Below, piece after piece: positions 44,959 through 56,400 of a stretch of DNA of 64,000 bases. The position numbers were made by a program, and so were the translations under genes. The stretch is from an uncultured beta proteobacterium (GTDB taxonomy: Bacteria > Pseudomonadota > Gammaproteobacteria > Burkholderiales > Thiobacillaceae). The DNA lies in NCBI GenBank assembly GCA_942493085.1, contig OW818664.1, positions 1,027,709 through 1,091,708 on the forward strand, in the 5' to 3' direction. How positions within the stretch are numbered: position 1 is the stretch's first letter; each line of letters opens with the position of its first letter. Under the pieces are notes generated by a model that had not been told where the DNA came from, made no database searches, and saw nothing but the letters and a program-made list of their open reading frames with translations.

Positions 44959-46998
44959 TCAGGCCATGCCGTTATGCCGCAGCAAGGCATCGATGGTTGG
45001 TTCGCGGCCACGGAAAGCCTTGAACGATTCCAGTGCCGGGCGGGCACCACCCTGGGCGAGGATTTCGCTCCAGAAGCGGTGGCCGACTTCGGGATTGAGC
45101 ACGCCGCCATAGCCTTCGGCTTCGTCCTCGAACAGTGCGTAGGCGTCGGCCGACAGCACTTCCGCCCATTTGTAGCTGTAATAGCCTGCCGCGTAGCCAC
45201 CGGCGAAGATGTGCGAGAAGTTGTTGGGGAAGCGGTTGTAGGCGGGCGGAATCAGCACCGCGACCTGTTGGCGGATGTCGTTGATCAGGTCGAGTGCGGT
45301 GCGGTTGCCGCTGGGATCAAAGTCGTCGTGCAGGTGCATGTCGAAGCTGGCGAATTCGATCTGGCGCAGTGTCTGCAGGCCGGACTGGAAGTTCTTCGCC
45401 GCCAGCATCTTGTCGAACAACTCGCGCGGCAGGGCCTCGCCGCTGTCGACGTGGGCGGTCATGTGCTTCAGTACGTCCCATTCCCAGCAGAAGTTTTCCA
45501 TGAACTGGCTGGGCAGTTCGACCGCGTCCCATTCCACACCATTGATGCCTGAGACGCCGATTTCCTCGATCTGGGTCAGCAGGTGGTGCAGGCCGTGGCC
45601 GGTTTCGTGGAACAGCGTGATGACCTCGTCATGGGTGAATAGCGCGGGCTTGCCCCCCACCGGTCCGGAAAAATTGCAGTTGAGGTAGGCCACCGGCGTC
45701 TGGATGCCATCGCTCTTTTTGCGACGGGTGATGACGTCGTCCATCCAGGCGCCACCACGCTTGGAGGCGCGTGCATAGAGGTCGAGGTAGAACTGGCCGA
45801 CGCGCTGGCCGCTGCGGTCGGAGAGGCTGTAGAACTTCACATCCGGATGCCACACCGGTGCCTGGTCTTCGCGTATGTGCAGGCCGTAAAGCGTTTCGAC
45901 CAGCTTGAACAGTCCAGCCAGCACACGCGGCTCGGGGAAGTAGGCTTTCACTTCCTGGTCGGAGAAGCTGTAACGCACCACGCGCAGTTTTTCCGAGGCG
46001 TAGGTCGTATCCCAGGATTGCAGGTCGGTGATGCCGAGCTCGTCGCGCGCAAACGCCTTGAGCTCGTCGAAGTCCTGTTCTGCATAGGGACGGGCGCGCA
46101 CGCCCAGTTCGTCGAGGAACTTCAGCACGTCGGCCGGGGTGTCGGCCATCTTGGCGGCCAGTGATATTTCGGCGTAGCTGTTGAATCCCAGCAGCACGGC
46201 CGCTTCGCGCCGCAGCTTGAGGATGCTGGCGATCAGCGCGGTGTTGTCAAAGTCGGGTTTGCCAAGCTCGGAGGCACGGGTGACGTAGGCGCGATACAGC
46301 TGCTCGCGCAAGTCGCGGTTGTCGGCGTATTGCATCACCGGCAGATAGGATGGCATGTGCAGGGTGATTTTCCAGCCGGTCTTGCCATCCGCTTCTGCGG
46401 CAGCCTTCATGGCTTCCAGCGCGTCGTCGGGTACGCCTGCGAGCTGCGCGGCATCGTCGATGAACAGCGCGTAGTCATTGGTCGCGTCGAGCAGGTTTTC
46501 CTCGAACTTGGCAGACAGCTGCGCCAGTTCTTCCTGTACCTGCATGAAACGGGCTTTCTTGTCGGCCGGCAGTTCGGCACCGCCGAGGCGGAAGTCGCGC
46601 AACTCGTTCTCGACGATTTTCTTGCGCGGGTCGGACAATGCTGCGTAATCGGGACGCGCCTTGAGCGCCTTGAACTTGGTAAACAGGGCTTCGTTCTGTC
46701 CCAGTTCGGCATAAAAAATGGTGATCTTGGGCAGACAGGCGTTGTAGACCTCGCGCAGTTCGGGAGAATCCATCACCGAATGAAGGTGCGACACCTGACC
46801 CCAGGCGCGACCCAGTTTCTCGTTCGCGTCATCCAGCGGCGTCACGAAAGCATCCCACTCGGCCGGCGTATTGGCGGCCTCAGCCCGCGCCACGGCTGCG
46901 CGGCAGTCGGCCAGCAGCTGGTCGATGGCGGGGGTAACGAACTCGGGTTTGAGTTCGGCAAAACGGGGCAGACCGGAAAAATCGAGCAAGGGGTTCAT
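44959..46998 (-). CDS. prlC: Oligopeptidase A (M3 metallopeptidase)
   Basis: Start ATG 46998 (MNPLLDFSGLPRFAELKPE). Zinc motif FHETGHGLHH. Length about 679 aa. Confidence 0.92.
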   Translation of the reverse strand: MNPLLDFSGLPRFAELKPEFVTPAIDQLLADCRAAVARAEAANTPAEWDAFVTPLDDANEKLGRAWGQVSHLHSVMDSPELREVYNACLPKITIFYAELGQNEALFTKFKALKARPDYAALSDPRKKIVENELRDFRLGGAELPADKKARFMQVQEELAQLSAKFEENLLDATNDYALFIDDAAQLAGVPDDALEAMKAAAEADGKTGWKITLHMPSYLPVMQYADNRDLREQLYRAYVTRASELGKPDFDNTALIASILKLRREAAVLLGFNSYAEISLAAKMADTPADVLKFLDELGVRARPYAEQDFDELKAFARDELGITDLQSWDTTYASEKLRVVRYSFSDQEVKAYFPEPRVLAGLFKLVETLYGLHIREDQAPVWHPDVKFYSLSDRSGQRVGQFYLDLYARASKRGGAWMDDVITRRKKSDGIQTPVAYLNCNFSGPVGGKPALFTHDEVITLFHETGHGLHHLLTQIEEIGVSGINGVEWDAVELPSQFMENFCWEWDVLKHMTAHVDSGEALPRELFDKMLAAKNFQSGLQTLRQIEFASFDMHLHDDFDPSGNRTALDLINDIRQQVAVLIPPAYNRFPNNFSHIFAGGYAAGYYSYKWAEVLSADAYALFEDEAEGYGGVLNPEVGHRFWSEILAQGGARPALESFKAFRGREPTIDALLRHNGMA

Positions 46999-47077
46999 GG
47001 CAGCAATCAAGATGGGTGGACAAGGCAATTATACTTTCGGGCTGGAAACAGAATTTCAAGGCCCTGCTGACAACCCT

Positions 47078-47635
47078 ATGACGAACAAGGTTTACGATCA
47101 TTCATTGGCACCGCATCACGGTGCAGCCCCTCAACTCGCAAGCGGCGCCTGGGTGCATCCGCGCGCGACGGTTATCGGCGAGGTCAGTCTGGGCACTGAT
47201 GCGTCGGTGTGGCCGGGCGCGGTGATCCGGGGGGATGTCAACAGCATCGTCATTGGTGACGCCAGCAATATCCAGGACGGCAGCGTGCTGCATGTATCGC
47301 ACAAGACGCCGGCCAGTCCGGCAGGCGGTCCGCTGGTGATCGGCGCACGCGTCACGGTCGGCCATACCGTGATCCTGCACGCCTGCACCATCGAAGACGA
47401 ATGCTTGATCGGCATGGGTTCGATCATTCTTGATCGTGCAGTAATCCAGAAACAGGTTTTGCTGGGTGCCGGCTCATTGGTGCCGGAAGGCAAGGTGCTG
47501 GAATCCGGTTATCTGTACCTGGGTCGCCCGGCCAAACGCGTACGCGAGCTGACCGCCGAAGAAATTGCGTATTTCAATTATTCCGCGCAGCACTATGTGC
47601 AATTGGCGCAGTCGTACCACTCATCTCAACCCTGA
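47078..47635 (+). CDS. Gamma-carbonic-anhydrase-like / left-handed beta-helix (hexapeptide) protein
   Basis: Start ATG 47078 (MTNKVYD). VIGEVSLGTDASVWPGAVIRGDVNSIVIGDASNIQDGSVLHV. Confidence 0.85.
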   Translation: MTNKVYDHSLAPHHGAAPQLASGAWVHPRATVIGEVSLGTDASVWPGAVIRGDVNSIVIGDASNIQDGSVLHVSHKTPASPAGGPLVIGARVTVGHTVILHACTIEDECLIGMGSIILDRAVIQKQVLLGAGSLVPEGKVLESGYLYLGRPAKRVRELTAEEIAYFNYSAQHYVQLAQSYHSSQP

Positions 47636-47645
47636 TTACTTTCCC

Positions 47646-48140
47646 ATGAAACTCGCCAAACCGTTACTGATCGCCGTTGCCGTGCTTGCTGTCGTGGGTG
47701 CATTGGCCTACGCGCTGATGGACAAGTCCCACGCGCCGGCTGCGACCTTCACCACACTCGAAGGCAATCCCATCGTTCTCAGTGAACTGCGCGGCAAGGT
47801 TGTACTGGTCAATTTCTGGGCAACCTCCTGCCCCGGTTGCATCAAGGAAATGCCCGGCATGATCGAAACCTACAAGCAATACAGGGATCGCGGCTTTGAA
47901 ATTGTGGCCGTGGCGATGAGCTATGATCCACCGGACTACGTAGCCAATTTTGTACAGACCAACCAGTTGCCGTTTCCGGTGGCGCTCGACGCTGATGGTG
48001 CGCACGCAAAAGCTTTTGGCGATGTGCAACTCACCCCCACCAGTTTCATCATCGGCAAGGACGGCAGCATCCTCGAACAAAAGCTCGGCGAGCTTGATTT
48101 CGTCAAGCTGAACGCCCTGCTGGACAAGGAGTTATCGTGA
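47646..48140 (+). CDS. TlpA-like thiol:disulfide oxidoreductase
   Basis: Start ATG 47646 (MKLAKPLLIAVAVLAV). KVVLVNFWATSCPGCIKEMP (CxxC). Confidence 0.85.
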   Translation: MKLAKPLLIAVAVLAVVGALAYALMDKSHAPAATFTTLEGNPIVLSELRGKVVLVNFWATSCPGCIKEMPGMIETYKQYRDRGFEIVAVAMSYDPPDYVANFVQTNQLPFPVALDADGAHAKAFGDVQLTPTSFIIGKDGSILEQKLGELDFVKLNALLDKELS

Positions 48141-48397
48141 TCAAAATACTCAGTGCAGCGCTGCTGCTATTGGCGCTGACCGCCTGCCATTCAACCGGTG
48201 CCGATGCTGAAACCCGACCGGCATCCCAACCCGCTACCGGCAAAACCCTACCCGTGGCACCGCCACCGCCACCGATGCAGGAAGAGCCCGGATCGTGTGC
48301 GGCAGACGTCAAGCAATGCGCGGATGGCAGTTTCGTCAGCCGCAACCCCACCCACAACTGTGCCTTCAACCCGTGCCCGGGTGAAGGCAAGCAATAA
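48137..48397 (+). CDS. Small lipoprotein with a Cys-rich C-terminus
   Basis: Start/stop overlap with the upstream gene. Lipobox LLALTAC. C-terminal CAADVKQCADGSFVSRNPTHNCAFNPC. Confidence 0.6.
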   Translation: MIKILSAALLLLALTACHSTGADAETRPASQPATGKTLPVAPPPPPMQEEPGSCAADVKQCADGSFVSRNPTHNCAFNPCPGEGKQ

Positions 48398-48419
48398 GCT
48401 ACTCTGGACTGATTCAACT

Positions 48420-50084
<1,665 letters not shown>

Positions 50085-50091
50085 ACGCGCG

Positions 50092-50538
50092 ATGATACTG
50101 GCTAGCCTGGCTGATTCTGGCCGTTATAGCGAGCTGCACCCATTGTTTGCAGCGGCGTTCGGTTTTTTGAACAGCACTGATCTGTACGCGCTTGAGCCCG
50201 GCAAACATACCGTTCTGGGTGAGCAGATATTTGCCATCGTCGAGGCGTGCCCTGGCCGTAGCCGGACAGAGGCCAGGCTGGAATGCCATCGCCGTTACAT
50301 TGATATTCAATTGGTACTCTCAGGCGTGGATGAAATGGGCTGGAAACCGCTGGTCGAGTGTGTGGAACCTATGACGGAGTATGACGCGGCGGGTGATATC
50401 CAGTTTTTCAAAGACGCGCCTTCAAGCTGGATTGCCACCCCGCCAGGGTCATTTTGTCTGTTTTTCCCGGGTGATGCGCATGCACCGTTGGTGAGTACGG
50501 AGCTGATTCACAAGGTGGTGGTGAAGATCGCGGTGTGA
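50092..50538 (+). CDS. YhcH/YjgK/YiaL-family (DUF386) protein
   Basis: Start ATG 50092 (MILASLADSGRYSELHPLF); ...FFPGDAHAP... Confidence 0.8.
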   Translation: MILASLADSGRYSELHPLFAAAFGFLNSTDLYALEPGKHTVLGEQIFAIVEACPGRSRTEARLECHRRYIDIQLVLSGVDEMGWKPLVECVEPMTEYDAAGDIQFFKDAPSSWIATPPGSFCLFFPGDAHAPLVSTELIHKVVVKIAV

Positions 50539-50548
50539 ATTCGGACGA

Positions 50549-50752
50549 TCAGTAATGCGGCGGTAGTTCGTCGCGCAGGGTCCGCGTTTCGTCCGGACGT
50601 GCATCCTTGATCTGTTGATGCAATAGCCGAATTTGCTGTTGAAGCAGATCGATCTGCCCCTGCTGACGGACCACTGTCTGGTTGAGTGTTTCGATCAGGT
50701 CTTCGGCAAAGACCATCTTGGCTTCGAGTTCGTTGAGGCGTGCTTCCATCAT
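50549..50752 (-). CDS. slyX: SlyX-family protein
   Basis: 67-aa coiled-coil MMEARLNELEAKMVFAEDLIETLNQTVVRQQGQIDLLQQQIRLL. ATGA overlap with the upstream redoxin stop. Confidence 0.8.
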   Translation of the reverse strand: MMEARLNELEAKMVFAEDLIETLNQTVVRQQGQIDLLQQQIRLLHQQIKDARPDETRTLRDELPPHY

Positions 50753-51279
50753 TGTGCCGACGCGCGTAACAGCGGCGTCACCAGTTTCTCCAGCCGGGGA
50801 TAATGAACCTGACCGGCGATTTTGTGGCGGATATGACCATTCGTGTCGAGGATGAACGAGGTGGGCACGCTGCCGACATGGCCGAATGCAGCCGTCACGG
50901 ACGGGTTGGTAGGCGCGGCCATGAAGGCATAGTCCTTGTCCTTCATCCACGTGGCGATTTTTTCCGGCGTGTCGTCGATGCTGATCGAGATGACTTCAAA
51001 GCCCTGGTCACGATAGTCCTGCCAGAACGAATCAATTGCGGGCTTTTCCTTGCGGCAATAGGGGCACCAGGTCGCCCAGAAGTTCACCAGCACGACTTTC
51101 CCCTTGAGGCTGTCGCTGCTTAGCGCCTGGTTGTCAGGCAGGGTGACTTGCCAGGCGGGCACTTCGCGGTTTTCCTCGCTGACATCGGCGGGCGGACGAA
51201 ACCACAGCCAGGCGATCAAACCCAGTAAAATCAGGGTCAGCGGACTTGGTGTCCATTTCTTCAAGGTTTGTTTATCCAT
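50749..51279 (-). CDS. TlpA/ResA-like thioredoxin-fold protein
   Basis: N-terminal anchor LTLILLGLIAWLWF; KVVLVNFWATWCPYCRKEKP. Confidence 0.85.
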   Translation of the reverse strand: MDKQTLKKWTPSPLTLILLGLIAWLWFRPPADVSEENREVPAWQVTLPDNQALSSDSLKGKVVLVNFWATWCPYCRKEKPAIDSFWQDYRDQGFEVISISIDDTPEKIATWMKDKDYAFMAAPTNPSVTAAFGHVGSVPTSFILDTNGHIRHKIAGQVHYPRLEKLVTPLLRASAQ

Positions 51280-51691
51280 GTTGTGGCTGAAATCGTTTCA
51301 TATCGTGATGGTGGTGAGCTGGTTTGCCGGCCTGTTCTATTTGCCGCGCTTGTTCGTCAATCTGGCGATGGAGTCGAATGACGCCGCTTATGACCGCCTG
51401 CTGTTGATGGCGCGCAAATTGTATCGTTTTGTTTCACCCATCATGTGGCTGACGCTGATTACGGGCACGTGGCTGTGGCTGGCGTACTTCCCGCTCAGCA
51501 TGAACTGGATGTGGGCCAAGCTCACGCTGGTGGGCGGGTTGGTTGGCTATCACCTGGTCTGCAAAAATCTGCTGCGTGCGTTTGAGGCCAGACAGAATAC
51601 CAAGTCACATCTCTGGTTCCGCTGGTTCAATGAAATTCCGGTGATCGTTTTATTGATCGTCGTGCTCCTGGTTGTATTGAAGCCCTTTTAA
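51278..51691 (+). CDS. hemJ: Protoporphyrinogen IX oxidase HemJ
   Basis: Start ATG 51278 (MLWLKSFHIVMVVSWFAGLFYLPRLFVNLA); 4 TM segments, about 137 aa. Confidence 0.85.
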   Translation: MLWLKSFHIVMVVSWFAGLFYLPRLFVNLAMESNDAAYDRLLLMARKLYRFVSPIMWLTLITGTWLWLAYFPLSMNWMWAKLTLVGGLVGYHLVCKNLLRAFEARQNTKSHLWFRWFNEIPVIVLLIVVLLVVLKPF

Positions 51692-51702
51692 GAAAGCTCT
51701 GC

Positions 51703-52929
51703 TTGAAACCCGAATCCCGTCGTAAGCCTTCGCATCCTGTTCGCCCTGAGCGCGAGGCGTTACCGCCTGCCAGTCATTTTGCCACCTGCCCGCGTGGACT
51801 GGAGGGCTTGCTCGAAGCCGAACTCCAGGCTGCAGGCGCAACCATTGTGCGCCAGGTGCCAGCAGGCGTGCTGTTCATGGCGGATGCCGCCTCTGAGATG
51901 CGGGCCAACCTCAGCTCGCGTATCGCCACCCGCATTCTGCGCAAGGTGGGTTACACCCGCTATCACAAGGAAGAGCACATCTATCGTGCCGCGCTCGACC
52001 TGCCCTGGCCCACGTGGTTCGATGTGAAGAAAACCATTGCGGTGAAAGTCGGCGCGCAGAATGCGCCGCTGAAAAGCCTGAATTTCATCACGCTCAAGAT
52101 CAAGGACGCGATTTGTGACCGCTTTCGCGAGGAAACGCGCGAGCGCCCGAGCGTGGATACCGAGTCCCCCGATGTGCCGGTGTATGCATTTTTTACTTCG
52201 GATGCAGTCACCTTTTATCTCGACACTTCCGGCGAGCCACTGTTCAAGCGCGGCTTCAAGCGTGAAGCCAGTGCGGCATCGATCAAGGAGAATCTGGCAG
52301 CAGGGCTGCTGATGCTGTCCGGCTGGGTGCCGGGAACACCCTTGCTCGACCCGATGTGTGGGGCCGGAACCATCCTGCTCGAAGCGGCGGACATGGCGCT
52401 GAACCGTGCGCCGGGCCGCGGGCGCCACTTTGCATTCGAGCACTATCGTGATTTTGATGCGGCATTGTGGAAGCGCATCAAGAAGGAAGCGCAGGCCCAG
52501 GAAAAGCCGCTGGCGAAGCTGTCGATTTTCGGCGCAGACCAGGATCGCTGGGTGCTGGACAAGGCGCGCAACAACCTGGCAACTGCAGGTTATGACGAGG
52601 TGATCGACCTGCAAGTGTCGGATGCACTTGAGCTGAAAGCGCCGACGCCTGAGGGCACCATTGTGACCAACCCGCCTTACGGTGAACGCATCGGCGAAGC
52701 TGAAGAGCTGGCCGAGTGGTATCCGCAACTGGGAGACTGGCTGAAGAAAAATTTCAGTGGTTGGGAGGCATGGATCATTTCCGGCGATCCCCTGTTGCCC
52801 AAGTTGTTCGGTCTTAAAGCCAGCCGACGCATCCCCTTGTTCAATGGCCCAATCGAAACCCGCTTCCTGCAATACAAGATCGTTGCGGGCCAGATGCGCC
52901 CAAATAAAACCACGACCCCCGCGGCCTGA
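51703..52929 (+). CDS. THUMP-domain class I SAM-dependent RNA methyltransferase (RlmL-like)
   Basis: FATCPRGLEGLLEAEL, DPMCGAGTILLEAA, TNPPYGERIG. Confidence 0.85.
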   Translation: MKPESRRKPSHPVRPEREALPPASHFATCPRGLEGLLEAELQAAGATIVRQVPAGVLFMADAASEMRANLSSRIATRILRKVGYTRYHKEEHIYRAALDLPWPTWFDVKKTIAVKVGAQNAPLKSLNFITLKIKDAICDRFREETRERPSVDTESPDVPVYAFFTSDAVTFYLDTSGEPLFKRGFKREASAASIKENLAAGLLMLSGWVPGTPLLDPMCGAGTILLEAADMALNRAPGRGRHFAFEHYRDFDAALWKRIKKEAQAQEKPLAKLSIFGADQDRWVLDKARNNLATAGYDEVIDLQVSDALELKAPTPEGTIVTNPPYGERIGEAEELAEWYPQLGDWLKKNFSGWEAWIISGDPLLPKLFGLKASRRIPLFNGPIETRFLQYKIVAGQMRPNKTTTPAA

Positions 52930-52940
52930 AAACGACGAGC

Positions 52941-53210
52941 ATGCTTACCGCCTCGCTTCGGTTGACAGGGATTCTCGGCAAGGGAACCGAGGTGGCTCGC
53001 AACTACTACCTGATGGCTGATTTCGGTGCGACAGGCAGTGGAATGGTGTCGATCATTCCGATGTCGCTGGGCGCACCGATACCAGATGATGATCATCTGG
53101 CTGTGGAATACGCGAGCGAAGAGGATGCACTGAAAGCCGCGGCGGAGGTGATCAAGTCGCTGCCGGGCAATCAGGGCCTCGCAGTCAGGGTCGTCATCAA
53201 TCCGGAGTAG
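52941..53210 (+). CDS. Hypothetical small protein (weak call)
   Basis: 89-codon ORF with no recognisable motif. It occupies otherwise non-coding space. Confidence 0.3.
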   Translation: MLTASLRLTGILGKGTEVARNYYLMADFGATGSGMVSIIPMSLGAPIPDDDHLAVEYASEEDALKAAAEVIKSLPGNQGLAVRVVINPE

Positions 53211-53419
53211 TCCTCCGTGTCGCAGGACGTAAGGCCATCCACCTGGTTGGCCTTTCCGGGCAGACAAACCCCGCCGGCAAGAATATTTAATCAAATTTAA
53301 CAATTGGGATCGGCCAAGCTGGGGCCGTTCGGATAAAGTTTCGCCCGGAATAACCGCAATGCCGGTGATGTAATTGCATTGCGCGCCGTTCGAACGATAA
53401 CAAAACCCAGGGATGTCAC

Positions 53420-56400
53420 ATGTTGTTTGCCATGATTACGCGCGTTCGCGCTGCCGCAGGTTGGATGCGTTTTGTCTTGACAGTAGGGTTGTTGCTCCCC
53501 GGCTTCGCGCTGGCGGATCTCAGTACCTCGGTCACCCTGGTAAGCGGACAGCCCACCAATATCTATCCTGGCGAAGTCACGCAACTGCAAATCACGCTGT
53601 CGAACAACAATGCGATGGCGCCCATCACGTCGGTCGGCTTCGGCAATGATTTCCCCGGGACGCTGCCGAACGGGTTGAGGGTGGCGGGCGCCGCAACCTA
53701 TACCTGCACCGATCCCGCCGGTCCCACGACCCAGCCCGGAGGCGGAGCGTTGACTGCGGCATTGGGAACCCAGGCCATATCGCTGGCTGGCGGCACGATC
53801 CCCGCCCGTGCCAACAATATCGACGGCACCTGCACCATCACGCTGCCGGTCACGGCAGGCACCTCGACGGGCAGTGCGGCCACCTATGCCTACACCATCG
53901 CCAGCGGTGCCGTGACAGGCAATGATGGTGCCGCGGTCGCCAACTTGGGCGCGGTGAGCCAGAGCATCAACGTGCAGGCACTCAACCAGCCGACGATCAG
54001 CAAGTCGTTCAGCAACTCGACGGTTGTGCTGGGCGGGGCAGCGCGCACCTTGACGATTACGCTGAACAACACGAACCCGGTGGCAATCCCCGGGTTTTCA
54101 ATTGCCGATGTGTTCCCGCAACTGAGTGGCCAGGCAATCATTCGCGTTGCCAATCCGCCGGCCGCCACTGCCAGTTGCAACAACGGCGGCGCAGCCCCTG
54201 TCTTTGCCCCGTCCTCCGGCGATACCAGCGTCAGTGCCACCGGCACCATCCCCGCCAGAACGGCAGGGGTCAACGGCAGTTGCACGCTGACCATGAGCAT
54301 CGAGGCCGCCTATACCAACGGCAGCTACACGACCGGCGCGCGTGCGAACACCATCAACGCAACCTCCCAGTTCAGCAACGACCTGGGGATACGCGCAGCG
54401 GCCAATGCCAGCGCAAACATCACCGTGACCTCGCCGCTGCGGGTGAGCAAATCGGTGAATGCCAGCAGCCTGGCTACCAGCCAATCGGGCTTCTTCACGC
54501 TGACTTTGTTCAACGATGGCAGCACGCCACTCAGTGACACCAGCCTGACTGACAGCCCCATCGACGGCGTGACCGGGGGCAGTTATGGTCTGACCGTGAC
54601 CGGCAGCTCGACCACCTGCACAGGCGGCAGCACTGTGTCTACTGCCAGCAATGAAGGCGTAACGCTCAGCGGTGGAACGATTCCGGCCAACGGTAGCTGT
54701 ACCGTGACGATCAATTTCACTGGCACGGTCCAGAACCCCAATACGCCCAGTTCGTATTCCAATACGCTGGCGCAGGGCGCGGTCGACGTAGGCAATCCGG
54801 CGATCGTTAGCCAGTTGGCTTCCGCCGCGGTGACGGTGTACGAAAACCTTAACATCATCAAGAACGTTTCCCCGGCCAACGCTGCACCGGGCAACCCGGT
54901 GCGTTACCAGGTGACGGTGCAGAACTGGTCTGCTGCCGATATCAACAACGTCGACATCAGCGAGTCGCTCGCCAGCGGTCAGACCTTTCTCACCGGCATC
55001 ATCAACGGAATTGATTTCACGCCGTCCCTTTCGGGAGCCGGCTGTAGCGGCTTGAGCGCAAGCGGCGCGCTGGGTGACACCGCATCCGTATTCACGATCG
55101 GAACCCTGCCGCAACGGAGCGGAATCAACTCGCCCGGCGCTTGTACGGTTACCTTCTGGGCGATGACTGCGACCGCAGCGGCCAATGGCAGCAGCTACAC
55201 CAACAATCTGCCTGCAGGCACGGTGTGCTATGCCGGGACGACTTGCAATGGGGGGGCTTCCAATACGACCAGCGGTTCGGTCAATACCGCCGTACTGTCT
55301 GTGGCCAAGAGCTTCAGCCAGGGCGGCACGACCAACCCGCCGAGTGCGTTGGCACGACCGGAAGGCACGATTGTGCGGATGACGCTGACGCTGTCCAATC
55401 TGTCGGCCAACGCATTGACCAGTCTGGCGATCAGCGACACCTTGCCGACCTCGGGCAGCAACCAGCTGCGAATCGCCAGCCCGGCCAATGCCGCCAGTAC
55501 CTGCGGCGGCAGCCCGACCATCACCGCGGTGCCGGGATCGACCTCGCTGTCGTTCAACAACGGCACGGTTCCGGCGCGCGCCGGAACCGGAACCGGCACG
55601 GCAGGCAGCTGCGTGGTCCAGGTGGACGTGATCGGCGCCGCCGGTACGTACAACAACACCGCGACAGCTACCGCGACGGAGACCTATGCAAATGGCAGTA
55701 CGCACCCGGTCAACGCCACGTCCAATACCGCGACCGTGACCTATACGTCGGCGCTGTCGGCAACGAAAAGCTTCAGCCCGGCCGCCGTGTCGTCGGGTGG
55801 CCGCTCGACCGTCACGCTGCGCCTGAACAATTCAGGGGCGGTTGCCCTGACGAACGTCGCGGCCACCGACCCGCTCCCCACCGGCATGACGGTGGCCAGC
55901 CCGGCAAACGCCTATACCACCTGTGCGGGGACAACCGCGATAACGGCGGTATCCGGTTCGGGCAGCGCATCGCTGTCGGGGGCCGACATCGCGGGCGGCG
56001 GCAGTTGCGATTTCATTTTCGATGTCGTCGCCACCGGCGGCAGCAACTGGGTCAACACCATCCCGGCGGGCAACATCACGGCTGATGGTGGAATTACCAA
56101 CCAGACTGTGGTGACGGGAACCCTTACCAGTAGTCCAGCCACCGGGCTCACTGTCGCCAAGGCGACCAACCCGAGCACCCTGACTTTCCCCGGCCAGGTG
56201 AGCCAGCTCACGATTACCATCGGCAGTGGTGCGCAGGCGGTCAGCGGCCTGGCGCTGACCGATTACTTCACTGCGGACGGCAGCGCGGGCGCCGCCGCGA
56301 ACGGCATGGTCATCGCCGCCACGCCGGCGGCATCGACTTCCTGCCCCGCAGGCAGTGTGAGCGCTGCGCCGGGGGGGACGCGGATTGCATTGAGCGGCGC

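Noticed and set aside
54098-55705. Long minus-strand ORFs inside the adhesin gene (54098..55705, 55832..56647, 57632..58339, 60741..62429).
   Set aside because: Same reasoning as above. They are low-complexity Arg/Gly-rich translations antisense to a strongly repetitive Thr/Ala/Gly-rich coding frame, and there is no independent support for them.
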